Shown: positions 1 to 10,043, counted from the first letter of the stretch. The stretch is 64,000 bases of DNA from an uncultured Nitrospirota bacterium (GCA_964515925.1 CAZEYP010000003.1:21628-85627); one strand, 5' to 3'. Numbers and translations are program-made. The notes: generated by a model not told the origin, from the letters alone.

Positions 1-1
1 A

Positions 2-286
2 CCAGAGGGTATTCAGGTGGAGGATATATATATATCTTCAGATGGCATACTTTATGTGGATTTTAACAGGGCAGTTGAGAGGAACTTTAAGGGTGATATT
101 GTTGATGAATACATAATGATAAAGAGCCTTTATGAGACATTAATAAGTAATCTTGATATCCAGGATGTGGTTATACTGATAGAGCATAAAGAGGCTGAGA
201 CCATAGGTGGTCATTTTCTTGTGAACAAACCACTTAAGGAGTTTTTCTCATCAGAGCAGATAGTGATTGAGGAGGCACCACAGTAG
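2..286 (+). CDS. C-terminal part of a GerMN-like domain protein (5' end outside window)
   Basis: The frame of track ORF 17..286 stays open to the window edge. The tail ...MIKSLYETL...VVILIEHKEAETIGGHFLVNKPL resembles GerMN/germination-type domains. The family call is from memory only. Confidence 0.4.
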   Translation, partial: PEGIQVEDIYISSDGILYVDFNRAVERNFKGDIVDEYIMIKSLYETLISNLDIQDVVILIEHKEAETIGGHFLVNKPLKEFFSSEQIVIEEAPQ

Positions 287-290
287 AGCA

Positions 291-1121
291 ATGACAACCG
301 ATTCCTCAGAGGGTGCCATTGGGATTTTTGATTCAGGCATAGGCGGGCTTACAGTGGTAAGAGAGATAATGAACCTCATGCCCCATGAGGACCTGATTTA
401 TCTTGGTGATACTGCAAGGGTGCCCTACGGGATAAGGTCAAAGGAAACCGTAAGAAGATATGCGATGGAAAATACCAGATTTTTACTAAAGCAGAACATA
501 AAGATGATAGTGGTAGCCTGCAACACAGTCTCTGCTGTTGGGCTTGATGCTGTAAGAGGAGTAACCAGTGTTCCTGTGGTTGGGGTTTTAAGGCCAGGTG
601 CTCAGGCAGCTGTAAAGGCAACGGTGAACAAGAGGGTAGGGGTGATAGGCACTGAGGCAACCATCACAAGCAGTGCATACCAGAGGGCTATAAAGGAAAT
701 AGACAGTACTGTGGAGGTAAGCACAAGGGCCTGTCCACTTTTTGTTCCACTTGTTGAAGAAGGATGGCTTGATGGTGAGGTGGTAGAGGCCATAGCAAGC
801 AGATACCTTATGGAGCTGAAACAGAGCTGTATTGATACACTTGTGCTTGGCTGTACCCATTATCCATTGCTTAAAGGAACTATCAGTAAGGTTATGGGAG
901 ATGGGGTGAGGCTTATTGATTCTGCTGTTGAGACAGCAAAGGTGGTAAAAGAGCAGCTTGAGGTAGAGGGGAAGTTGAAAAAACACAGTAATTTCAGTGG
1001 CCGCAGGATTTATTTTGTAACCGACTCACCTGAGAGATTTAAAAGGATTGGCACATGGTTTCTTGGGCATGAGATAGAGGAGATATTTAAGGTGGAGATA
1101 GGGGCAGGAAGTAGAGGGTAG
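291..1121 (+). CDS. murI: glutamate racemase
   Basis: IGIFDSGIGGLTV, VVACNTVSA and LVLGCTHYP motifs carry the two catalytic Cys. ATG 291 is preferred over the TTG at 267 because it gives a typical N-terminus. Confidence 0.9.
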   Translation: MTTDSSEGAIGIFDSGIGGLTVVREIMNLMPHEDLIYLGDTARVPYGIRSKETVRRYAMENTRFLLKQNIKMIVVACNTVSAVGLDAVRGVTSVPVVGVLRPGAQAAVKATVNKRVGVIGTEATITSSAYQRAIKEIDSTVEVSTRACPLFVPLVEEGWLDGEVVEAIASRYLMELKQSCIDTLVLGCTHYPLLKGTISKVMGDGVRLIDSAVETAKVVKEQLEVEGKLKKHSNFSGRRIYFVTDSPERFKRIGTWFLGHEIEEIFKVEIGAGSRG

Positions 1122-1153
1122 GGTGTAGGGTGTAGCGTGTAGGGGATAGGGGG
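1111..1153. repeat. heptamer tandem array (GTAGGGT/GTAGCGT/GTAGGGG, 6 units)
   Basis: Reads gtagagg gtagggt gtagggt gtagcgt gtagggg atagggg. It covers the last codons and the TAG stop of murI. Confidence 0.9.
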
Positions 1154-1192
1154 ATATAAAAATAACAGGACATAAAATATCTGGAGGTCAAG

Positions 1193-1924
1193 ATGAGAAA
1201 GGACGGCAGAAGAAACGACCAATTAAGAGAGATCAAGGTCACAAGAGGGTTTATAAAACACCCCGAGGGCTCAGTACTCATTGAGATGGGTGACACCAAA
1301 GTAATATGCAATGCCTCGATAGAAGAGAGAGTGCCTCCCTTTCTTAAAGATACAGGGCAGGGCTGGGTAACCGCTGAGTACAGCATGCTTCCAAGGGCAA
1401 CATCGTCAAGAACCATGAGGGAGTCCTCAGCAGGTAAGATAGGTGGCAGAACTCAGGAGATTCAGAGACTCATTGGCCGAAGCCTTCGTTCGATAGTGGA
1501 CCTTAAAGGGCTTGGAGAAAGGACCATCTGGGTTGACTGTGATGTCATTCAGGCTGACGGTGGCACACGAACTGCTTCTATAACAGGTGGTTTCATTGCA
1601 CTTGTTGATGCGCTTCGTTATGGGGTGCAAAATGGTATATTTGAGCGAAACCCCCTCAGGGGATACCTTGCTGCAGTAAGCGTTGGGGTGGTTGACGGAG
1701 AGCCTATGCTGGATCTCTGCTATGAGGAAGACTACAGGGCTGAGGTGGATATGAATGTGGTGATGACCGATGAGGGAAGATTCGTGGAGATTCAGGGCAC
1801 GGCAGAGGGAGAACCCTTTGACAGGGATGTCTTTAACAGGCTTCTGGAGCTTGCAGAAAAGGGGATTATAGAGATAATCAACATTGAGAAGGAGCTCTTA
1901 GGTGAGGATACTTTTAGCTACTAA
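1193..1924 (+). CDS. rph: ribonuclease PH
   Basis: Full-length 243 aa with N-terminus [19 protein letters not shown] and a [11 protein letters not shown] motif. GGAGG lies 5 nt upstream of the ATG. Confidence 0.95.
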   Translation: MRKDGRRNDQLREIKVTRGFIKHPEGSVLIEMGDTKVICNASIEERVPPFLKDTGQGWVTAEYSMLPRATSSRTMRESSAGKIGGRTQEIQRLIGRSLRSIVDLKGLGERTIWVDCDVIQADGGTRTASITGGFIALVDALRYGVQNGIFERNPLRGYLAAVSVGVVDGEPMLDLCYEEDYRAEVDMNVVMTDEGRFVEIQGTAEGEPFDRDVFNRLLELAEKGIIEIINIEKELLGEDTFSY

Positions 1925-2492
1925 AAATAAAGGAAAGATAAGGGAGATGAATAGCCTCTTCCGTGGTGTTGGAGTCGAGTTTGTAGGAACAGATTCCCTT
2001 GACTCAGCACCAGAGGTGGTTGAGGATGGAAAGACATACCATGACAATGCACTTAAGAAGGCTATGACCTTTTATAAGCTAACAGGTCTTCCCACACTGG
2101 CAGAGGATTCAGGTCTTGAGGTAGATGCCCTTGGGGGTGCCCCGGGGGTTTATTCAGCCCGGTATGCTGGAGAGGATGCATCTGATGCAGAAAACAATAA
2201 AAAGCTACTTGAGGAATTAAAAGACATCAGGTCTGAAGATAGAACAGCTCGTTTTGTTTCAGTGCTTTGTCTGGTAATTGACGGTAAGATCCACTTTTTT
2301 GAAGGAGAGGTTAAGGGACGAATACTTGAAGAGCCAGAGGGAACTTCTGGCTTTGGATACGATCCTCTTTTCTGTCCCGAAGGATATGAGCACAGTTTTG
2401 CTGTGCTTGGAGAAGAGGTTAAAAACTCTATAAGTCATCGAGCAAGGGCTATTGAAAAATTAAAACAATTTCTTGAGGAGATACTTCAGTAG
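1902..2492 (+). CDS. rdgB: non-canonical purine NTP pyrophosphatase (RdgB/HAM1 family)
   Basis: [28 protein letters not shown] and SHRARA motifs. GTG start with an upstream GGAG. Follows rph, as is common. Confidence 0.9.
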   Translation: MRILLATKNKGKIREMNSLFRGVGVEFVGTDSLDSAPEVVEDGKTYHDNALKKAMTFYKLTGLPTLAEDSGLEVDALGGAPGVYSARYAGEDASDAENNKKLLEELKDIRSEDRTARFVSVLCLVIDGKIHFFEGEVKGRILEEPEGTSGFGYDPLFCPEGYEHSFAVLGEEVKNSISHRARAIEKLKQFLEEILQ

Positions 2493-2496
2493 AGAT

Positions 2497-4269
2497 ATGA
2501 ATATAAAAGAATATCTCAAGACCCATTTTCCATTAAATATATCGTTTAAGATCAAGGTTGGTACCCACACAGCACTGATTGCACTTGCAGTGGTTATTGG
2601 TGCACTCAGTGGTGGTGCCAATATGCTTTTCAGGACAACCCTGGAGTTTTGCAAGGAGATGATATTTCATAATGGCTCTGAACTGCTTGGAATAATGGAA
2701 GGTGGCTTTAACAGGGTTTTGATACCTCTTTTACCTGCATTTGGAGCCCTGCTGTTAGTGCCTCTATCCTACCGTTTTCCCGGCGAGGTAAATGGATACG
2801 GGTTTCCATCTTTTCTTGAGAAGGTAAACCTTCAAGACGGTGTCTTTAAACTAAGAACGATAATAATCAAGATCATTGCACCCAGTCTTACCATAGGCTC
2901 AGGTGGGTCTGCAGGAGTGGAAGGGCCGATTGCACAGATAGGCGGGAGCATTGGCTCTCTTATTGGACAGCTATTCAGGGTCTCTGGAAACAGGATGAAG
3001 CTATTGATTGCAGCAGGTGCTGCAGGTGGTATTGCTGCCACCTTTAATGCGCCCATTGCAGGTGTTATGTTTGCTACAGAGATAGTGTTGCTTGGTAACT
3101 TTGAGCTTACCTCCTTTGGTGTAATAGTTATCTCTGCTGGAATGGCAACGGCTGTTTCCAGGATTTATTACGGTTCGTCTCCTGTTTTTGCAGTGCCTCA
3201 ATACGACCTGAAGGGGATTTACGAGACACCCTTTTATCTGTTCCTTGGTCTCTTTGTTGGTTATGTAGCTGTCTTTTACATAAAGATATTTTATGGGATA
3301 AAGGACTGGTTTAGCTCACTGAAGATCAATCCTTATACAAAGCCAGTACTTGGTGCCCTTATGATGGGGGCAATAGGCATATTCTTTCCACAGATATTAA
3401 GCGATGGCTATGAGTATATTGAAGAGGCCTTTCGTGGAGACATGGTTTTTTCCATTATGTTTATTCTTATATTTCTGAAGATATTTGCCACCTCCATTAC
3501 CCTTGGCTCAGGTGGTGCAGGTGGTGTTTTTGCTCCTGCACTTTTTATTGGTGCCATGACTGGTGGGGCCTTTGGCGCCTTTGTCCATCACCTCTTCCCC
3601 ACTATAACCTCATCACCTGGTGCATATGCAATGGTTGGTGTTGGTGCATTTCTTTCCGCTGTTACCCATGCCCCGCTTACCGGTATGTTTCTGCTATTTG
3701 AGATGACAGGCAATTACAAGGTAATCATTCCCATTATGTTTGCAACCACTATAGGAATCTTTGTGGCCAGAAGGATGATAAAAGACTCTATTGATACCTA
3801 TGAGCTTTCCCGTAAGGGGATAGATATGCATGCTGGCCGTGAGGCAACCATACTTAGCACCATATATGTAAGAGATGTTATGAGGAGAGACTTCCTTACA
3901 GTTCGAGACAAGGTGAATCTGAAGGAATTCCTTGATCTGGTTATCAATGGAGGAGGGGGTTTTTACTATCCAGTTGTCAACTCAAAGGGCGAGATGGTGG
4001 GTATCATCTCCATGCAGGATGTACGAAAGGTGCTTTTTGAGGAGTATATTAAGGAGATAGTTACCGTTGGTGAGCTTGCTACAGAGGATGTCATGACGCT
4101 TTATCCTGATGATAATCTGATGACGGCAATGAAACTGTTTGCTGACCTTGATATAGAGGAAATTCCCGTGGTAAGCAGGGAAAACCCTAAACAGGTAATT
4201 GGAATGCTCAGAAGGGGAGATGTTATAACGGTTTACAACAGAGAGGTGTTGAGGAAACACTCTATTTAG
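2497..4269 (+). CDS. ClC-type chloride channel/transporter with C-terminal CBS pair
   Basis: GSGGSAGVEGP, FNAPIAGVMFATE and HAPLTGMFLLFEMTGNY are ClC selectivity-filter-type motifs. Two CBS-like repeats sit at the C-terminus. The start is ambiguous (ATG 2497 or TTG 2473). Confidence 0.85.
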   Translation: MNIKEYLKTHFPLNISFKIKVGTHTALIALAVVIGALSGGANMLFRTTLEFCKEMIFHNGSELLGIMEGGFNRVLIPLLPAFGALLLVPLSYRFPGEVNGYGFPSFLEKVNLQDGVFKLRTIIIKIIAPSLTIGSGGSAGVEGPIAQIGGSIGSLIGQLFRVSGNRMKLLIAAGAAGGIAATFNAPIAGVMFATEIVLLGNFELTSFGVIVISAGMATAVSRIYYGSSPVFAVPQYDLKGIYETPFYLFLGLFVGYVAVFYIKIFYGIKDWFSSLKINPYTKPVLGALMMGAIGIFFPQILSDGYEYIEEAFRGDMVFSIMFILIFLKIFATSITLGSGGAGGVFAPALFIGAMTGGAFGAFVHHLFPTITSSPGAYAMVGVGAFLSAVTHAPLTGMFLLFEMTGNYKVIIPIMFATTIGIFVARRMIKDSIDTYELSRKGIDMHAGREATILSTIYVRDVMRRDFLTVRDKVNLKEFLDLVINGGGGFYYPVVNSKGEMVGIISMQDVRKVLFEEYIKEIVTVGELATEDVMTLYPDDNLMTAMKLFADLDIEEIPVVSRENPKQVIGMLRRGDVITVYNREVLRKHSI

Positions 4270-4272
4270 GCT

Positions 4273-4362
4273 GTAGGGGGTAGCGTGTAGGGGGTAGTTT
4301 TTAGTTTTGAGTGTTTAGTGTTGAATCAACCATACCTCCCTACACCCTACACCCTAAAAATT
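4273..4362. repeat. inverted heptamer arrays (GTAGGGG-type + TAGTTTT-type ... TACACCC-type)
   Basis: Left arm gtagggg gtagcgt gtagggg gtagttt ttagttt; right arm tacctcc(c) tacaccc tacaccc taaaaat. Confidence 0.85.
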
Positions 4363-4376
4363 ACTGGGGGGTGATT

Positions 4377-5552
4377 ATGAAAGAGTTAAAAGGGATTGTG
4401 GAGATAAGGGCTGGCTCAATAGATTACTTTGGTGTTGGGGCGATTGATAAGGCTTTGGACATCATCAGGACTTACAGAGATAGAGGTGTGGAAAGGGTTG
4501 CAATAGTTACGGGCAGAAAGTCCTATCGTCTTAGTGGTGCCTGGAGTAAGGTTCAGGGAGTCTTGGAGAAGGAAAAACTGGAGTTTATCTCCTTTGACGG
4601 CATATCACCTAATCCAACGGTTGACCAGATAGATAAAGCAGTACAGCATCTCAAATCACATTCACCTCAACTTGTCATTGGCATTGGTGGCGGAAGCGTG
4701 CTTGATGCATCAAAGGTTATAGCCGTGCTTCTAAAAAATTTCGACCTCACTGCTCGTGACCTTTATATTAAAGGTAGAAGGCCCTTTGAGGCATTGCCCC
4801 TGTTTGCCATTAATCTGACCCACGGCACGGGCTCTGAGATAGACCGTTATGCTGTGGCAACGGTGCCTGAGTTGAAGGACAAGTCAGGGCTTGCCCTTGA
4901 CTGTATGTACCCGGAATATGCCATTGACGATCCCTCGCTGATGCTTACCCTTCCAAAGGAGCAGCTACTTTATACATCCCTTGATGCCCTGAACCACCTT
5001 GTTGAGGCAGCAACTACCACTCTTTCCTCTTCATACACGGTAATGCTTGCCCGTGAGGGGATAGGTGCCATTGCAAGGTGGCTGCCTGTTGCAGCAAAGG
5101 AACCTGAAGATTTAGAGGCTCGTTACTGGCTCCTTTATGCCTCTGTGCTTGGTGGAATGGCAATTGACTCTGCGGTGGTTCATCTCACCCATCCCCTTGA
5201 GCACACACTCAGTGCACTGAAGCCAGAGATTGCCCATGGTCTTGGCCTTACCGTGCTTCTACCCTCAGTTGTCAGGGCAATATACCCTGCTGTCAGCGAT
5301 ACCCTTCAGGAGATACTGATGCCCATAGTGGGTGAGTGCAACTCTTCAGATGAGATGGCCACAGGGCTGCAGAGCTGGATATCTGGACTTGGAGTGAAAG
5401 AGAAATTAAAGGACATCGGATTTTCTGAGGATGATATTGATGATATAGTTCATTATGTCATGGCTTCACAGGAGGGAGGAGGTTCCATTTGTCTTGCCCC
5501 TGTGGAGGTGGACAGTGCTCTGATTAAGAGGATATTTTTAGAGTCCCTTTAG
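4377..5552 (+). CDS. iron-containing (group III) alcohol dehydrogenase family protein
   Basis: GIGGGSVLDASK motif and His-rich metal site (HPLEHTLS). ATG 4377 is preceded by GGGGGTG. The upstream part of track ORF 4311 lies in repeat sequence. Confidence 0.8.
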   Translation: MKELKGIVEIRAGSIDYFGVGAIDKALDIIRTYRDRGVERVAIVTGRKSYRLSGAWSKVQGVLEKEKLEFISFDGISPNPTVDQIDKAVQHLKSHSPQLVIGIGGGSVLDASKVIAVLLKNFDLTARDLYIKGRRPFEALPLFAINLTHGTGSEIDRYAVATVPELKDKSGLALDCMYPEYAIDDPSLMLTLPKEQLLYTSLDALNHLVEAATTTLSSSYTVMLAREGIGAIARWLPVAAKEPEDLEARYWLLYASVLGGMAIDSAVVHLTHPLEHTLSALKPEIAHGLGLTVLLPSVVRAIYPAVSDTLQEILMPIVGECNSSDEMATGLQSWISGLGVKEKLKDIGFSEDDIDDIVHYVMASQEGGGSICLAPVEVDSALIKRIFLESL

Positions 5553-5569
5553 CCTGTTGATAGAAGCAA

Positions 5570-6253
5570 CTAACGAACATCTTTGTAATATCTCACAAGC
5601 CGCTGGGGACTAACCCCAAAGATACCGTAAGATACAGCCAGTATCCAGTCTCTCAGCACACCATACAGGATACCCTCTTTTTCAAATCTGCGTGCAGAAA
5701 CAGTAATTGGCTCTCTGAGGAACTCTATTCTTCCATGTTTTTTAGCCCGTCTTGAAAACTCTATATCCTCCATAAGTGGGATATCTTTGAAACCACCAAG
5801 CATCAGGAAGTCCTGCTTCTTGATAAACATACCCTGGTCACCATATGCAATAGAGGTGATTCTTGAGCGCAGGTTTGCTCCCCTCTCAATCAATCTGTAG
5901 CATACCCCCTCTTCTCTGTAGCTTATATCAAAGGCACCAAGTATGGTGTTTTTCTTCGTTAATGTGTTTCTTATGAGGTAAAAGGCTCTGTTGGGGGGCA
6001 CACAATCGGCATGTAGAAAAAACAGTATTTCTCCTTCTGCCCTCTCTGCCCCGTGGTTCATCTGCCTTGCCCTTCCCCGTAGTGACTGAAAGACCTTTGA
6101 AGTAAATTTTTTTGCTATTTCGACTGTGCTATCAGAGCTCCCTCCATCAACTACGATAAGTTCCTCATAGGGACCTGTATTAAGCTTTGAAAGGGTTTGA
6201 TGAAGCAGGGGGGCTTCATTCAGCACAGGCATAACAATGCTGATAGTCTCCAT
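5570..6253 (-). CDS. family 2 glycosyltransferase (resembles the rSAM/selenodomain-associated subgroup)
   Basis: SIVMPVLNE...ELIVVDGGSSDSTVEIA...RGRARQMNHGA...LFFLHADCVPP is a GT-A/GT2 signature. The subgroup assignment is from memory. Confidence 0.75.
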   Translation of the reverse strand: METISIVMPVLNEAPLLHQTLSKLNTGPYEELIVVDGGSSDSTVEIAKKFTSKVFQSLRGRARQMNHGAERAEGEILFFLHADCVPPNRAFYLIRNTLTKKNTILGAFDISYREEGVCYRLIERGANLRSRITSIAYGDQGMFIKKQDFLMLGGFKDIPLMEDIEFSRRAKKHGRIEFLREPITVSARRFEKEGILYGVLRDWILAVSYGIFGVSPQRLVRYYKDVR

Positions 6254-6280
6254 TGAAAAAGTATAACATAGGAATCGGGG

Positions 6281-6442
6281 TATAAGGTGTAGGGGGTAGG
6301 GTATAGGGGGGAGGGGGTAGTAAAAATCCCTCCCCCCTATACCCCTTGAACCCTCATCTTCAAATCCTAAATTCTAAACAATCCCAATTCACTAACTTAC
6401 TCAAGTTTCCTTTAGAATTTAGTGCTTCGTGCTTAGAATTTG
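6281..6442. repeat. two consecutive heptamer-built palindromes (G/C-rich, then TAGAATT-type)
   Basis: A perfect 14-bp inverted repeat (6302-6315 / 6328-6341) and a perfect 12-bp inverted repeat (6367-6378 / 6411-6422). Confidence 0.9.
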
Positions 6443-6462
6443 TTTTCCCTACCTCCTGATGT

Positions 6463-8439
6463 TTAGACGATTCTTTCCTTAACAAGGGCATCCACTACAG
6501 AAGGGTCTGCCAGTGTTGATGTATCGCCAAGGTCCTCAATGTCACCACGGGCAATCTTACGAAGGATCCTTCTCATGATCTTACCCGAGCGGGTCTTTGG
6601 AAGACCTGGTGCAAACTGAAGTTTATCTGGTTTTGCAATTGGCCCAATGGTTTCCCTTACATGCTGGACCAGCTCATTTTTAAGTGAGTCATCAGGATCT
6701 GTTCCATCTTTGAGCACCACATAGGCATAGATACCCTCTCCTTTAACATCATGTGGATAGCCCACCACGGCAGCCTCTGCCACTGCCTCGTGGCTTACGA
6801 GGGCAGACTCAACCTCTGCTGTGCCAATACGGTGTCCCGAGACATTAAGCACATCGTCAATACGACCCATGAGCCAGAAGTCTCCATCTTCATCCACACG
6901 GGCTCCATCTCCTGTGAAGTATCTGCCAGGGAAACGGCTGAAGTAAACTTCCTTAACCCTCTTGTTTTCAGGGTCACCATAGGTTCCACGGATCATACCA
7001 GGCCAGGGTTTTTCTATTACAAGATAACCACCCACATTTGTATCAGCAGGACTGCCGTCTTCTTTTAATACCCTTGGAAGAACACCGGGGAATGGTCTGC
7101 ATGCAGAGCCTGGTTTCAGGGTCATGGCACCAGGAAGTGGTGTTATAAGGATTCCACCTGTTTCTGTCTGCCACCAGGTATCAACGATTGGAAGCTTACC
7201 CTTTCCCACACGGGTGTGATACCACATCCACGCCTCGGGATTAATGGGTTCACCAACAGTTCCAAGGAGTTTCAGGGAGCTGAGGTCATATTTTTCAACC
7301 CACTGCTCACCTTCTCTCATGAGTGCCCTTATAACAGTAGGAGCTGTGTAAATCTGATTGACCTTATGTTTGTCAACAATATCCCAGAACCTTCCAGGGT
7401 CAGGATAGGTGGGCACACCCTCAAACATCAAAGAGGTGGCTCCTGCTGAAAGTGGGCCATATACTATATAACTGTGTCCTGTTATCCATCCGATGTCTGC
7501 TGTGCAGAAAAAGATGTCTTCTTCGTGATAATCAAAGATCCACTGGAAGGTCAGATTTGTGTAAAGCAGATACCCACCCGTGGTATGAAGGACTCCTTTT
7601 GGTTTACCTGTTGAGCCTGATGTATAGAGGATAAAAAGCGGGTCTTCAGCGTCCATCTCCTCAGGCTGACAGTATATGCCTATGTCGTCAGCACTCATCT
7701 CCTCATGCCACCACAGGTCTCTTGAGGAATCGAAGTTTACATCTCTGCCAGAGCGTTTTACAACGATGACCTTCTCTACGGTGGGACATCCCGAAAGTGC
7801 CTCATCACAGTTTGACTTAAGAGGAACAAACCTTCCCCCCCTGATTCCCTCATCAGCAGTGATAACCATCTTTGCCTCACAGTCGTTTATCCTGTCACGG
7901 AGAGACTGTGCAGAGAACCCACCGAAGACAACACTATGAATGGCACCAATCCTTGCACAGGCAAGCATGGCTATGGGAAGCTCCGGGATCATGGGGAGAT
8001 AGATGGTTACCCTGTCTCCTCTTGAAACACCGTATTTTTTCAGGACATTTGCAAACTTGTTTACCTCATAGTACAACTGCTGATAGGTATAGGTCTTATA
8101 ATTGCCATCATCTGCTTCCCATATCAAGGCAGCCTTGGTGCGTCTCGTTGAGTCAAGGTGGCGGTCAAGACAGTTGTAAGAGGCGTTTAACTTACCCCCC
8201 TGAAACCACTTAATGTAGGGCCTTTCAAAGTCATATTCAAGAACCTTATCCCATTTTTTGTACCATGTAATATTTTTTTCAGCCATTTCAGCCCAGAACC
8301 CCTCGGGGTCTTCTATTGAACGACGATAAAGCTCCTCATACTCTGCCATTGATTTGATGTGAGCCATTTTTGAAAACTCTTCAGGCGGTGGAAATACCCT
8401 TTGTTCCTCCATTAATACCGATAGTCCTTTGTCTGACAT
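6463..8439 (-). CDS. acs: acetyl-CoA synthetase (AMP-forming)
   Basis: 658 aa with [11 protein letters not shown] and WWQTETGG motifs and a C-terminal SGKIMRR. AAGGAGGT lies 4 nt upstream of the ATG. Confidence 0.95.
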   Translation of the reverse strand: MSDKGLSVLMEEQRVFPPPEEFSKMAHIKSMAEYEELYRRSIEDPEGFWAEMAEKNITWYKKWDKVLEYDFERPYIKWFQGGKLNASYNCLDRHLDSTRRTKAALIWEADDGNYKTYTYQQLYYEVNKFANVLKKYGVSRGDRVTIYLPMIPELPIAMLACARIGAIHSVVFGGFSAQSLRDRINDCEAKMVITADEGIRGGRFVPLKSNCDEALSGCPTVEKVIVVKRSGRDVNFDSSRDLWWHEEMSADDIGIYCQPEEMDAEDPLFILYTSGSTGKPKGVLHTTGGYLLYTNLTFQWIFDYHEEDIFFCTADIGWITGHSYIVYGPLSAGATSLMFEGVPTYPDPGRFWDIVDKHKVNQIYTAPTVIRALMREGEQWVEKYDLSSLKLLGTVGEPINPEAWMWYHTRVGKGKLPIVDTWWQTETGGILITPLPGAMTLKPGSACRPFPGVLPRVLKEDGSPADTNVGGYLVIEKPWPGMIRGTYGDPENKRVKEVYFSRFPGRYFTGDGARVDEDGDFWLMGRIDDVLNVSGHRIGTAEVESALVSHEAVAEAAVVGYPHDVKGEGIYAYVVLKDGTDPDDSLKNELVQHVRETIGPIAKPDKLQFAPGLPKTRSGKIMRRILRKIARGDIEDLGDTSTLADPSVVDALVKERIV

Positions 8440-8771
8440 ACTGACCTCCTTTTTTGTTTTTTGTGTTAAAAGGCTCTTTTAATTATATTTTAAAACAGGA
8501 TAAAATAAAATACTTTTTAGTATTTTGAAAAATAAGCAAAAAATATGCCACTGTACATTTTTGATGAGATTTTTATTTTTAATTTATTAAAAAAGAAGGG
8601 GTTGCTATATTTTTCAACAAAATCCATACTATGAAAGTTTTTAAAAAATAAGGATATTTCCAGATGGGATAAGCAGTTGTTACTTATCGTGACCATGGGG
8701 CAAAACAAAAAGTAACAGCCCTTCGGGTGTTAAGTTATGATTAATATCATAAAAATAACACACCCCTTTAA

Positions 8772-8780
8772 TGGTATAAT
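8772..8780 (+). promoter_or_regulatory. extended -10 promoter element (TGGTATAAT) 5 nt upstream of the ATG of the Cys-rich ORF
   Basis: TGnTATAAT matches the extended -10 consensus. No Shine-Dalgarno lies between it and ATG 8786. Confidence 0.5.
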
Positions 8781-8785
8781 AAAAC

Positions 8786-9034
8786 ATGAGCAACTTTAAA
8801 GAATCATGTCCTGGAAGCAGAGAGATCAGGAATCCCTATCCTGAGGAGATTATCTGTGTTTTCTGTGGCAGCTTAGTAGAGATATGGTCTGATGAAGTTG
8901 AGACCACCTGTCCAAAGTGTAAAAATACCATTACCCGGGATATGAAGCCTTCCTGTCTTCAGTGGTGTCCTGCTGCCAGGGAGTGTATTGGAAAGGAAAA
9001 GTACGAGAAAATACTCAAGCACATTAAGGAGTAA
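8786..9034 (+). CDS. small cysteine-rich zinc-ribbon protein (hypothetical)
   Basis: 82 aa with 8 Cys: CxxC...CxxC (C24/C27, C42/C45) plus C57-x3-C61-x5-C67. No family recognised. Confidence 0.5.
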   Translation: MSNFKESCPGSREIRNPYPEEIICVFCGSLVEIWSDEVETTCPKCKNTITRDMKPSCLQWCPAARECIGKEKYEKILKHIKE

Positions 9035-9132
9035 GGGACATTTATGGGGAGTGGCATAAAGCCACGAATTAAAAAAGCTCCTGAATTATCCTGTCCTTTA
9101 TTGTTCTGACATTTTTTCGATAACAATTTCAT

Positions 9133-9162
9133 TTGACAAACCTGTTCTGAATTTTTTATACT
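9133..9162 (+). promoter_or_regulatory. sigma70-type promoter of rplM-rpsI (TTGACA-N18-TATACT)
   Basis: TTGACA at 9133-9138 and TATACT at 9157-9162. ATG 9197 is preceded by AGGAAGGTGG. Confidence 0.5.
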
Positions 9163-9196
9163 TTCAATCTGAAAATTTTCAGGAAGGTGGTGTGGT

Positions 9197-9622
9197 ATGA
9201 CTAAATTTGCTAAGAAAGGTGAAGTTGAAAGAAAGTGGTATGTTGTGGATGCATCTGGCAAGGTGCTTGGAAGAATGGCATCCCAGATTGCCACCTATCT
9301 AAGAGGTAAGCACAAACCACAGTTCACACCAAATGTTGATACAGGGGATTTTATTGTTGTAATCAATGCTGAAAAGGTCAGACTTACAGGAAAAAAGCTT
9401 GACCAGAAGGTCTATTATCATCACACAGGATACCCGGGTGGACTTAAGGCAGAAACAGCCCGCATAAGGCTTCAGCGTAAGCCAGAGCAGGTAATAATCG
9501 ATGCTGTGAAGGGGATGCTTCCAAAGAACCGTCTTGGAAGGAAGATGCTTAAGAAGCTCAAGGTTTATAGTGGATCTGAGCATCCTCATCAGGCACAGAA
9601 GCCAGAAATTTTGAATATATAA
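9197..9622 (+). CDS. rplM: 50S ribosomal protein L13
   Basis: KWYVVDA...[20 protein letters not shown] is a canonical L13 N-terminus. Confidence 0.95.
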   Translation: MTKFAKKGEVERKWYVVDASGKVLGRMASQIATYLRGKHKPQFTPNVDTGDFIVVINAEKVRLTGKKLDQKVYYHHTGYPGGLKAETARIRLQRKPEQVIIDAVKGMLPKNRLGRKMLKKLKVYSGSEHPHQAQKPEILNI

Positions 9623-9635
9623 AGGGGTGCAACTT

Positions 9636-10028
9636 ATGGGTGATATCCTTTATCAGGCAACAGGAAGAAGAAAGACATCAGTGGCAAGGGTTATAATGAA
9701 ACCTGGTACAGGTAAGATTATTGTTAATAAAAAGCCGCTTGAGGAATACTTTCCAAGGGAAACCCTTCAGATGATTATACGCCAGCCTCTCAATCTCGTT
9801 GGTATGCCAAATAAATTCGATATAATGGTTAATGTAACAGGTGGAGGGCTTTCCGGACAGGCTGGTGCCATCCGTCATGGAATCTCAAGGGCCCTATTGC
9901 TGGTAGATTCTGACCTGAGACCAAAACTCAAAAAAGAGGGCTTCCTCACTCGTGACCCAAGGATGAAAGAGAGGAAAAAATACGGTCTGGCTGGGGCAAG
10001 AAAGAGATTCCAGTACTCCAAACGCTAA
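9636..10028 (+). CDS. rpsI: 30S ribosomal protein S9
   Basis: [10 protein letters not shown]...[19 protein letters not shown]...[20 protein letters not shown] 9636 is preferred over GTG 9627. Confidence 0.93.
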   Translation: MGDILYQATGRRKTSVARVIMKPGTGKIIVNKKPLEEYFPRETLQMIIRQPLNLVGMPNKFDIMVNVTGGGLSGQAGAIRHGISRALLLVDSDLRPKLKKEGFLTRDPRMKERKKYGLAGARKRFQYSKR

Positions 10029-10043
10029 ACTTCCTTTAGTTTG

